Of a DNA stretch of 64,000 nt, positions 1 to 10,650 are shown piece after piece. The translations under genes and the position numbers were made by a program. The stretch is from the NCBI GenBank assembly GCA_013239625.1, contig MU054187.1:10437231-10501230 (forward strand), written 5' to 3'. The notes under the pieces were generated by a model. The model did no database searches and was not told the DNA's origin. It saw only the letters and a list, made by a program, of their open reading frames with translations. Each line of letters opens with the position of its first letter. The first letter of the stretch is position 1. This DNA is from Lama guanicoe. Taxonomy: Eukaryota.

Positions 1-354
1 GAAAGATCCTGAAATTCAAGTAGAATGGCTCCTAGTTTCCATCCAAACTAAATTTGAGCTTAATGCAGCAACATTTTGTTGAGCACGTGTTTTAGTCGAG
101 ATAACATGTTGTTCCTCTCATCTCTAAACTGATTCTTGATTCCTCTTCAAATCCAGTGGGGAAAAATAACAGCATAGTTTTTATTTTCTAGATCCTCTTG
201 GTTGATTTTCAAGATCCTCTCCGTAGTCCTTTGCCTTACATGCTCTGCTACCTCATGCTCTTAGGAGGAAGATGTGGTATTTAGAAAATGTATGGTTGAG
301 GTAATATGTTTAAATTTTTCATTTATTTGTTCAACAAATATTCACTGAGCACTG

Positions 355-735
355 CCTCATTACTTATTACTGAGTTAACAAACCACCTCCAAACTGGGTA
401 GCTCAAAATAACAATCTTATTATTTCGTGTGATTCTGTGGGTTGGCTAGGGCTCAGCTAGTGTTGTTCTGCTGGTCTTGCTTGGGGTCTGTCATGAGATT
501 GCAGTCAGATGGCAGGATCATCCAAGGTGACCCTTTACTCATGCACTGAGCACCTAAGGGCTCCTATCGTGACTTTTTCCTCCAACATGTTGCCTAGATT
601 TCTTATATAGTGGCTCAGGACTCTGAGAGGCAGTTACTGGAAGCTTCCACTCTTCTGCAAGCCTCAAAATCCCAAGATATCACTTCCATTGTGCTCCACT
701 GGTTAAAGCCAATCACAAGATAAGACCATTTTCAA
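355..735 (-). mobile_element. MaLR LTR fragment (MLT1-type)
   Basis: 'aacaaaccacctccaaact..ctcaaaataacaatcttattatttc..gattctgtgggttggctagggctcagct' resembles the reverse complement of the MLT1 LTR 3' end; subfamily not determined. Confidence 0.7.
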
Positions 736-769
736 AAGATTTTTAAAAGAGGAAATTGAAGGTTTCAGC

Positions 770-2520
770 TTAGGTTAGAGACCTGGATAAAACATCTCGT
801 CCACCTCTGCAGCAAAACAAAAGCAGGAAAACTACATACTAATGACATTTTGGGAGCCCTTCCAAGAACTAAGGTCACTGGACAAACAATTACTTGAAAT
901 CTGGAGAGAGAGATACACCTGCTGGGAGAAATAAAATCTGAGCATTGCTTACCTTGGACAGACATGACCAAACACTAGCTAAGCTGGTAGGAATATTCAG
1001 CTAACAACTTTTAATGAATTGCTAAAGGCCAAGTAGAGGCTTGAAGGAAAGTATGAAGCCCCTGGAGGCTGCACACATGGCGGGGATTACATCCTCTTGC
1101 AGGTTTCCTTCCAAGAACTCCACAGGTGCTCACAGGAAAGACCAAGGAGAATCCAGAGTAAACTTCCCGAGTGCTGGCTCGGGCAGGGAATAGCAGCCAC
1201 TGCCACAGCTCTGCTCAGGTCTGTCTCCCCGTCTCCTTTGTGGAACAAAAGTCTTAATCCATAGGGGCAAAGGCAACAGGAACTATCCCTTAAGGGTCCT
1301 GGAGGAAACCCAGGAAACGAGCCCTCCATCACCACTATCACGCTAACAAGTGTTAAGTACAAATAACAGTGGAATGTGCAATGGGAAGACCCAGGGCCAT
1401 GCAGAGAGCAGATGCTGGGAAAACCCACTGGCAAACTAACTAGACAATAAACACAAGGTATCATTAGAGGAACTTGAAGTTCTTGTGCAATGAGGATAAT
1501 CATAGCAACAACGAACTTCAGACTCAGCCCAACTTCTGCCTAGATTAACACAACACTCTATTCTAAACACCTTACAGAAGGAAAGGCAAGCTCATCTTCA
1601 AACTTTGAAAATTATTTACTTCAGTATCCAAAATCTTATGCAACATGGCCAGATTTCAACAACAAAACAACTTTGTTGTTCAACAAAAACAAAATAGAAG
1701 GTATTCAAAAAGGCAAGGGAAGAATAAAAGTTTGAAAGGATAAAGCAGTTATCAGAACCAGACCAAGATATGACACAGTTTTTGGAACCATCAGACAGAG
1801 AATTTAGAATAACTATGATTAATTTGCTAAAGACTCTAATGGAAAAGAAATATGCAAGATAAGATGGGTAATTTCAGCAGAGAGATGAAAACTATAAGAT
1901 AGGATCAAATGGAAATGCTAACCCTCAAAACCACAATAACAGAGATGGAATGACTTTGATGGTCTCATCAGTGGACTTGACACAGCCTAGAAAAGAATTA
2001 GTGAGCTTGAAGATGGGTCAATAGGAACTACTCAAATTGGAAAACAAAGAGAGGAAAATAAATAAAACCAAACAGAACATCTAATAGCTGTGGGATAGTA
2101 TCAAATGATATATCGTATGCACAATTGGAATCCCAAAAGGAGAAGGCAGGAGGATGGAGTAGAAGAAACATTTGACGAAATAAAGACCAGAATAGTTTCA
2201 AAATTGGTGACAGACATTAGACCGTGGATCTAAGAAGCTCAAAGAATACCAAGAAGATTAAATTTTTAAAACAAACCAAAAAACCAGAAAACAAACCTAG
2301 GCACATCCTATTTAGATGCTGAAAACTAAAAAGAAAGAGAATATCTTGAGAGACATCAGAGAAGACATCTCCACAGGAACAGTAATAAGACAGATTGCAG
2401 ACTTGTCAGAAACCATGCAAGAGTGATGACAATGGAATGTCATCTGTAAGGTGCTGAAGGGAAATCCATATCCAGTGGAAGCAGCCTTCAAAGTGAAACA
2501 AAAATAAAATCTTCCTCACA
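770..2520 (+). mobile_element. Old LINE-1 fragment (5' region/ORF1, degenerate)
   Basis: A-rich ORF1-like text such as 'atcagacagagaatttagaataactatgattaat', 'agaattagtgagcttgaagat', 'aattggaatcccaaaaggagaagg' and 'cagacttgtcagaaaccatgcaag'; many stops. Confidence 0.8.
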
Positions 2521-2829
2521 CAAGGGTAGAGAAAATAAGCTCCACTGCTTGATTTGAGGAGTGACATGTGCATATAGGGAGAGAAGAAATTGGTTGGAGG
2601 ATACCTTTGAAGGCTAGATACAATCATCCACTGCATGCAAAGTAAAGGCTATGCTGTTTGGGGAAAATCTATGTTGTCTCATTAGAACTAATTTTTTTTT
2701 TAATTTATAAAATGCTGACATTGGTCTGCATGAATTCCATGATTTCTTAAAATTTCACTAGTCATTTTTTTCATAGTAATTGTACATTTTTCATTCCTTT
2801 ATCAATCTGGGGGTAGGTACTCTTGTGTG

Positions 2830-3000
2830 TAATATATAAAAAGAGTCTATTTTAATATATAGTAAATATAAATAAATGAATAATTTATAATGCATAATTA
2901 ATAATATAATTATATAATGATAAGTATTTATAATATAAATAATATTTAATGAATAATAAAATAATATAATATAAATAGATGAATATGTTTAAGAAATTTT
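2830..3000. repeat. AT-rich low-complexity tract
   Basis: Almost entirely A/T, made of degenerate ATAAT/ATATA units. Confidence 0.85.
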
Positions 3001-3431
3001 ACAGTGATTGGCTATATGATGTGGTTATGGCTGATTACAATCAATTTATGGAGCCTTAAACATCTACGCATAAGCTGATGTCAGTACGTTAATAAAAAAT
3101 GGCAGTCAAGTGTCAAATTGATTAACAATGGTCAACAAATACAATTTCAATTTCAGAATTACTGTTCATTAAGATTATCTTTTAACTTTTAAAAAATCCT
3201 ATAACATATTAAAACAGAAAAACCCTAGATAATCCAAATCAATTTTGACAAACATGTATGAAGACAGTCTCTTCACTTTCTAAAATGCTAATAAGAAAGA
3301 CTGGAATTGGTTATAGAGTTGGCATTTTATTGCCACTTACAAGGATCTTTCTGATGTTGTGTAAACGATGACTAAGCTATACAACTTCTAGACAGAGAGC
3401 TTGAGTCATGCCTAATACATTTGTGCATATT

Positions 3432-3932
3432 TGTTATAGAAAAAATATTTTTTAAAGAAGAAATACTCAATGACACTTGTTAAAGATGGTGAGACAGACT
3501 TTATTCAGGACTGTTGTGATAGGTATAGGGACTAGGGCAATGGGATTGTTCAATGTGGGGAAGTGTTGGGCCTCAACTCCAAACAGAGCACGGGCTGGTG
3601 GGAATTTGTAACCAAATAGCAGCGTGGGCTCAGCGGACAGAAAATGACTAAGAGGAATTACCCTGTACATCAGGAAGACAGGGGGCTCTGGGCAAACTGA
3701 CCTAACAAGATTCTTGCTGAAGGCGGGCCAGCGTGATCAGACATCACCTGTGAGATGGTGAAAGTTGAGGAAGCTGATCATGTATGGAAAGTGACCAGAT
3801 ATCAAGGATGGATGGTACTGATTAAATTGACTTAGGGTTCTTGCTACAACTGGATTTTACAAAGATGTGCACAGATGGAACTAAGAGATGGTTCAGGAAA
3901 CTGACTAAAGTTTGGTCGAGCAGACTTTGTCA
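3432..3932 (-). mobile_element. Solo ERV1 LTR, MER31-like
   Basis: Minus strand starts TGACAAAG..GACCAAACTTTAGTCAG, contains AATAAAGTCTG..CATCTTTAACAAGTGTCA and ends ..TAACA; TG..CA termini; flanks tatt/tatg resemble a 4-bp TSD. Confidence 0.8.
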
Positions 3933-3985
3933 TATGCAATCAATCATAAGATGAGGGTGTATATTAAAGGTGACGTCGAATAAAG

Positions 3986-4175
3986 CAGTGATTCCCAAGT
4001 CTGAGCAGCCATCAGAATTGCCCGAAAGCCTTGTTGAAAAACAGAGGGCTGAGCCCTACCCTCAGATTTCTGATTCAGTTCACCTAGGGAAGGGCCTGAG
4101 AATCTGCACTTGTCACAAGGTTCTAGACAATGCTGTTGTCTTTGGTCAGGGGACCACCCCTTGAAAACTCCTTGC
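3986..4175. mobile_element. MER5A-like hAT-Charlie DNA transposon (MITE)
   Basis: CAGTG start, 'catcagaattgccc', 'cagatttctgattcagt', 'gggcctgagaatctgcac', 'ggaccaccccttgaaaac'. Confidence 0.8.
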
Positions 4176-4214
4176 CTGGATGAGCAAATATGCTCCTGGG
4201 TCAGACACACCCGA

Positions 4215-4398
4215 GTGGAACCCAGGTTTGCTGTCAATACACTCTGAGAACTTGGGCACAACCTTACTGTTTTAATTGGTAAAATGGAGCATTGATAGTT
4301 ACTCTATAGGGTTGTTGCTAGAATTCTAGAATGAAGTGCTTGCCCCAGTGTCTGGAACAGAGCATGTGTCCAATACATGGAAGCTGTTGATACTATTT
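4215..4398 (+). mobile_element. MIR SINE
   Basis: MIR core-like 'cttgggcac..gtaaaatggagcattgatagt..atagggttgttg..cagtgtctggaacagag'. Confidence 0.65.
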
Positions 4399-5481
4399 GA
4401 ATGTTTGATAATGAAGGCATCATTGAAAGATTGTTAAGCTTTTCTCAATATATTTATTTAATTTATATCTTCACACTTATTGAGCAAACTTGACTATTTT
4501 GCTCCTGATCACATTGGCAGGAAGGCTACCTTTTGAACTGGAGGCGACTATTTTAATTCTGTGTCTCAAGAGGGATCCCTATTTTGCAAAACGAAAATAT
4601 TTATTGAGCACCTTTGTCTCCAGACAAACTACACACATGCACAGACACACTCACAGATACATGTAAACTTTAACGTGGGTACTAATTGGCTATTTTGTTT
4701 TCACTGCTTTCTCTTATCATTTTGTATCTGGCGGTGGGTGCCTGAGTTTGCAGCTTGTATTCATTTGCTTTGTGCCCCCTCCCCCAGGCGTCAACAGGCA
4801 CATCTTGCATCAATTGAGTACCTACAGCAAAAGTGGCTAACAGATGTGTGGGCTCTGTTGTATTTCGGTATTGTAATTTCCTATTACTGAAAAAAAAAAA
4901 ATGAGAAGTGTTACCAAGGAGTCTGGGGGGATTTCCTGGCTAGCAATGTCTTTGAAGTTGAAGAATATTTTTAAGACAGAGGTTTTTAATTGTAAAGAAT
5001 CTTAATCACGTAGAGAAGAATGCCTTTGAAATACTTTTCTTTGAACGGCACATTTACCAGTTCAGGAAGCTCATTTCCATGAAATGATATTTTAATTTTA
5101 ATGCATTTACTTCTCTTGCATTGCATGTGTCCAGAAAGCTACAATTTTGTTTCTCAGCCTTATTTATTACATTCTGAAAATTAGGCTACTTGCCTTAAGC
5201 TCTTCTATATAGATGTTTTTATTCCCAACACCCATTATTTTAGAGATGCAATTTTAGCCTTTCATTGGAGAAAACAATATAAAGTGGTTGAGACTGAGGT
5301 TTTCTAGTTTTATACTCCTGCCATCTCTGCAGGGGGCTATTCTCCACTTGAGTCTGAGAATTCCCACTAATGTTAATTCTGGGTATAAACTCATCAGTTT
5401 GGAGGAAAAGGGACTTTACTTCTAAATTCAGCTCTCCTAACTAATTCCATTTGCTTGACGTTTGAATAAACTGAACTCATC

Positions 5482-5556
5482 ACAGACCTAGAAAACAAAC
5501 TTATGGTTACCAAAGGGGAAAGGAGGTGGGAGGATAAATTAGGAGTTTGGAATTAA

Positions 5557-5601
<45 letters not shown>
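5482..5601 (+). mobile_element. Short L1 3'UTR fragment running into a (CA)n microsatellite (~5556-5602)
   Basis: 'acagacctagaaaacaaacttatggttaccaaaggggaaagg..ggataaattaggagtttggaattaac' is typical artiodactyl L1 3'UTR, followed by a CA run. Confidence 0.8.
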
Positions 5602-5603
<2 letters not shown>

Positions 5604-7399
5604 CTAAACTCATCTTAAGATGGAGATTTTATCCCACAGAAGCTGAAGGAAGAGGAGTGAGAGTCTTGCCATTTGTTTGAGACAAAACAACACTGTCCAG
5701 AATTTATGTCCAAATCACATATTGCCATAAATGTTTCATTATGTATTCCAATTAGAAGGTAAGATTATTTGTTTGTGTTCACATTCCCAAGTAGTAAATA
5801 GATCATAACTAGAAACATGCTTTATGTCTTTGGTCATAGTAACACACACACACACACACACACGCATCCAGGACCACTGAGGCCCAAATAAAATGACATT
5901 CATTAGAAAACCACACTTGAATTAACTGCATTTCTGAAATGAAATAAATATTTTAAGTACAGATCCTTTACTTAAAACACAATCACTAATTGCAAATGGA
6001 TGTGTGACATCATCAACCTAAATTGAATAAAACAGCTATCATATTTGTAAATATATTAATATAATAATTAATACAAAACTACACACATATGTATGTATAT
6101 TAATACATCTTTGGCTCCAGGGCCTCTTAAGATTTGAGTTGCAAATCTTTGGTCTGCAGATCCAGGTTGCTTGTTTCATTCAGTTTTTTTCTTAAATGGC
6201 ATCAGTATTGCCACTGATAAATTTGGTTTGAGTTGAAGGAGACCTACGTGTTTTATCTTCCTTTATCCTTTTTTACATATAGGCTTAAAACCACTACATA
6301 ATCAGTAATATCCCCTCATCACAGAGCAATTGTGATGCAAGGAACACTATAGCAGACAATGCAAGTCAGGCGAGGCGTCTTGAGAAGACCACAGTGGTGG
6401 TCTTACCTTTGGGTACAGGGAAGCTAACAGAGGGTGAATAGGATAGGGCAGGAAAATGTGGGGCACTGCCGGAAGCTGGGATTGCACAGAACATCACATG
6501 AAATTGAGGAGAGGTTAACTGCACATGTCAAAGAGTTGGGGTGGGGAATGTCATGTGAGTGGTGTGGGGGTGGTTGTCGGAAGACAGAGATTGCAGTGTT
6601 GGTCAAGCTGATATAGAAAGAAGGTAAAAATATAAATAAAATGACACATTTTAGTGTCAGGAACATAACTTTTCCCTTAACTAGGAGACATGTGCCAAGC
6701 TAGTCAATTTTTGAAAAATAAGAATCATCTGGACTTCCCAAATACGCTTTCATCTCTGCTTTAGTGAAAAGCCCCAAAAAAGGCCCAAAGCATCTCCATA
6801 AGTCATCTTCATTTTTGGTTAAAAACAAACAAGAACATTTAAAAATAATCCCACACCTCATCTGTCCAAAAGTTTCCTTAGAGTCTAATAAAAACGAACA
6901 TTTAAAAAATAATTTCTTCATAAGACATGAGCAATGGCTCCTGTGAAAATGAGTTTACTGAAAATTCCTGAGCAAAATCAAAGACAACTCTTCCATGACA
7001 TCTAATTTGACTATATTCCTTCCCCACAACTTTTTTTTTTTAAAAGAAAATCTTGGGAAAAAAAGGAAAGCTTGCCCTAAGTATTAGCTATTTCTCAAAG
7101 ACATCTCAAAAGGAGCTATCTGATACATTCTCTCATGCCTCTAAATATTTAAAGACCATGTCAGTCATGTCAAAAATAATGTTTTACTTTTTAGAAGATT
7201 ATTTTAAATGCTAGAAAAGGAATATAAAGTAAAAAAAAAAACTCCTCTATTCATAAAGGTTAGGGATTAAGGTCAATAGTAATAAGTAAGCATCTTGCTC
7301 ATGACAATAGTTAAGGCTTATTTTGATTTCAAAGTGCTGTAAGAACGTTTTACTTAAAAATAAAAATAGGACAATTTTTGATCTTTAGAGTCTATGGTT

Positions 7400-7553
7400 A
7401 AGGACTACAATTCTGACACCAATTCCAGTGCAAGTGATTTTTTCCATACCACCAAGCAATTCTGTGACACCAGCTGAGTGTCCTACAATTCATGCTGTCT
7501 CCTGGAGATAAGAATCAGATCACACAGGCTAAGGGCTCAGTCCTACAAAACTG
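7400..7553. mobile_element. ERV LTR fragment (MER21/MER39-like)
   Basis: 'acaccagctgagtgtcctacaattc..cctggagataag..atcagatcacacagg.taagggctcagtcctacaa'. Confidence 0.6.
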
Positions 7554-7869
7554 AACTAGTGACTTGGAAATTAAGAAATGCACTTCTAAATAATTATTGG
7601 ATCAAAAAAGATCAAAGAAAAAAGTCAAAATTGAACCTACAAACTGTTAAGGAAGCAGTGTAAAGAAGAGTTAAAAATATTAAGATGCATTAAAAAAAAC
7701 CGTGCATGGGAAGATATAAAGCCTTAAACAGCTTAATAATTAAAGAAAAATTATTGACTATACAGGTTTTTAATACCTAGGAAATTAGAAAAACAGCAGC
7801 AAGGAAAATGAGAAGAAAGTAGGAAAAAATTAATAAAGAGGCAAAAATAGTTAAAGAGAACAAAAGCGT

Positions 7870-8580
7870 ATACACTCTTACCCTAAGATCCAGAAATCAC
7901 ACTCCTTGGTATTTACCTACATGACTTGAAAACTGATGTCCACACACAAATCTGCATGAGAATGTTTATAGCAGCTTTATTTATACTTGCCAAAACTTGG
8001 GAGCATCCAAGACGTCCTTCAACAGGTAAACGGACTAAAAAGACTGGTACATCCAGACAATGAAATTTCATTCAGCGACGAAAAGAAATGAGCTATCAAG
8101 TCGTGAAAAGACATGGAGGAAGCTTACATGCATAATACCAAGTGAAAGAAGCCCATCTGAAAAGGGTACACTATGATTTCAGCTATATGATATTCTGTAA
8201 AAGGTAAAATGATGGAGACAGGTAAAAGATCAGCATAGCCAAGGTCTTTTGGGGAGGGAGGGAGAGGGATGAATGGGAGCACAGGGGATTTTTAGGGCAG
8301 TGGAACGATTGTGTGGTGTGGATATATGTTATACATTTGTTAAAAGTTATACGATGTGCAACACGATGAATGAACTCTAAAGTAAACCATGGACTTTCAT
8401 TAATAATAAAATAAACATATTGGTGGATTAACTGTAACAAATTATAATACTGTAATGCAAAATGTTAACAATAGGGGAAACTGGGGGAGGGGGCAGAATA
8501 TAAGAGGATTCATGGGAACTTTCTGTACAGTCTGCTCAAATTTCCTATAAACCCAAAACTGCTTAAAAATACTAAAAGCC
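7870..8580 (+). mobile_element. LINE-1 3' end (L1MC-like)
   Basis: 'gatccagaaatcacactccttggtatttacc', 'aatgtttatagcagctttatt', 'aaaagaaatgagctatcaag', 'gggaactttctgtac..tctgctcaaatttcctataaacc'. Confidence 0.85.
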
Positions 8581-9109
8581 CAGTAACTTTCTAAAATATG
8601 TACAAAACAGATTTCACCACGTTCTATTTTATATTTACATGTGCCCAGAAGTATTCCAGCAAAAATGAAATTCATCTTCACCACTAAGGGTAGCCTCATA
8701 CCGTATATTCCTGTTTTGGGTCAACTTGCTTCTCTGCTTTGGTAGCTGTGCCTTCTCTCCTGTATATAATGTCACGTATTTCTTCCACTGTATTCTGTGC
8801 TTGGTTTGGGAATAGTATCAGATAGATTTGATTATGTGATTTGGACGTTTCAGGCTAGACGAATGATACTTCTTTGAGAATACAATAAAATATATTTAAT
8901 ATTTGTAGTTCCTTCTTATCCCTCAAAAGGCTCATAATCTGTAGTGAATGTCCATTACCTACAGAACATTTCTCTCTGAGGAAAAAAAAAGGCTATCTAT
9001 GTTAACTTCTCTTACTGAAGAAAAGTTAGAGGAGAAATAAAAAGCCAGACTTATCTTTGTTTAGAGATGGAATGATGAAGCTCTGGGAGGCCAACCGAGT
9101 TTCAGTGCA

Positions 9110-10340
9110 TTTTATTTCTCCATTCACTAACTCATATATTCAACCAGCAAATGTTCATCTCACTACAATTACTTGCCAGATTTTTGAAGAGGTTCTGGGG
9201 CTATGCTGGTGGCATGGTCTTTTCCTTCGACACTGATCTGGTAGAGAACTCCATTAACTGGTCTGGTAATTATGATAAAGTGTAATCAGCAATACGATAG
9301 AGAGAAAGAACTGTACCATGGGGCGTGGCACTGGAGGAGGACTGAAGGTTCCCCAGGGCGGCGCAGGTGTTTCCACAGCGGGCAGTGGCAGGGAATGAAG
9401 CCAGAGAGGCCGGGCCATACAGGACATTTGCCTTTATCCAGATCTGATGCAGGATCAGACCCCTCTTGTGTTCCAAGAAAAACTCTCTTGACCTCTTCTG
9501 GTTTTCCTGAGACCCTAGAAACAGTTCCTCGCCCTTCTTATTTCATTCATATCATTCATGATGTGTAGGAATGATGACCTGGGAGAACATACCAGAGAGT
9601 GCCAGTATAGGAGGCAAGACAGCCAAGGAGAAGGCTGATGTTGTGATAAGGGTGAGAGATGAGAGTGGCTTCAACTTGAGTAGTGACAGTGGTGATTAAG
9701 AGAAGCAGGTAAATTTGAGAGATGTTTTAGAGAGAGAATATCAACTAGTAAGATGCGGGGGGTAAGACAGATGAGTTCAGAATGATTCCTGGGCAGTGGC
9801 TGGTACCTTTAATTGAAGTTAGGGTGTAGAGAAGAGAGAACAGGGTTGGTGGGAGAAATAATGATTTCTATTTTAGACATGTTATATTTTAGATTTTTTT
9901 AATGGTATGTTCAAGAGGAAATAGCTCTGGTGGTTGGTAATGCGTTTCTGGAACCCAGGAGAGAGAACTGAGGAGGGAGAGAAGATGTGGCTGCCAGGAG
10001 CTAGGAAGTGTGAATAGGAAGAAGACCTAGGATCAGACTCTACGAAACACCAACTTTTAGAGATGCCAAGAAAGAGAACTTGGCAAGGAAAGGGCAGAGG
10101 GATAAAAGGAAAACAATGGTATCACAGAAGACAAAGGGAGAGAACTTGCCTAGGGTGAGGGATAGTCAGTGCTGTCAGATGCTGCAGGAAGGTCAAATAA
10201 AGCAAGAAATGAAAAACACCCATTGGAATTAGAAACATAAAGACATTGGTTTACTTGAGCAATGTCATTGCAGTAAAAGGAGAGTAGTCATATTACAGAG
10301 TTTGAGAAAAGATGGGGAGGTAAAGAAATAAGGACAACAT
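9110..10340 (-). mobile_element. LINE-2 (L2) fragments
   Basis: Reverse L2 3' tail ('cattcactaactcatatattcaaccagcaaatg') followed by purine-rich L2-like text ('ttttagacatgtt', 'cccattggaattagaaacat'). Confidence 0.65.
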
Positions 10341-10342
10341 AC

Positions 10343-10650
10343 TGGTTAATCCAGGAAAATCTCTCCATCTCAAGGTCCTTAATTAATTAATATTTAGGTT
10401 TTTTTGGGGGGGGGTAAATTAGGTTTATTTATTTATTTACTTGTTTTTAAGAGGATTGTCTGGGGATTGAACCCAGGACCTTGTGCATGCTAAGCATGTA
10501 CTCTGCCACTTTGAGCTCTACCCTCCCCTCCCCCGAGTCTTTAATTTAATCACGTCTGCGTGTGATTACCTTTTGCTACATAAAGTAACATATTCATAAT
10601 TCTGTGGGTTACAACATGGGTATTTTGGGGGGCCATTACTCTGCCTACCA
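10343..10650 (-). mobile_element. MaLR LTR (MLT1-type) 5' portion, interrupted by a SINE
   Basis: 'taatccaggaaaatctctccatctcaagg'..'aatcacgtctgc'..'ggggggccattactctgcctacca' is the reverse of the MLT1 start. Confidence 0.8.
10395..10535 (-). mobile_element. tRNA-derived SINE, camelid Vic-1 type
   Basis: Minus strand GGGGAGGGTAGAGCTCAAAGTGGCAGAGTACATGCTTAGCATGCACAAGGTCCTGGGTTCAATCCCCAG has A-box and B-box (GGTTCAATCC), followed by an AATAAATA-rich and C-run/A-run tail. Confidence 0.8.

Noticed and set aside
10455..10530. tRNA-like sequence
   Set aside because: It is the degenerate head of a SINE with a SINE tail, not a functional tRNA gene
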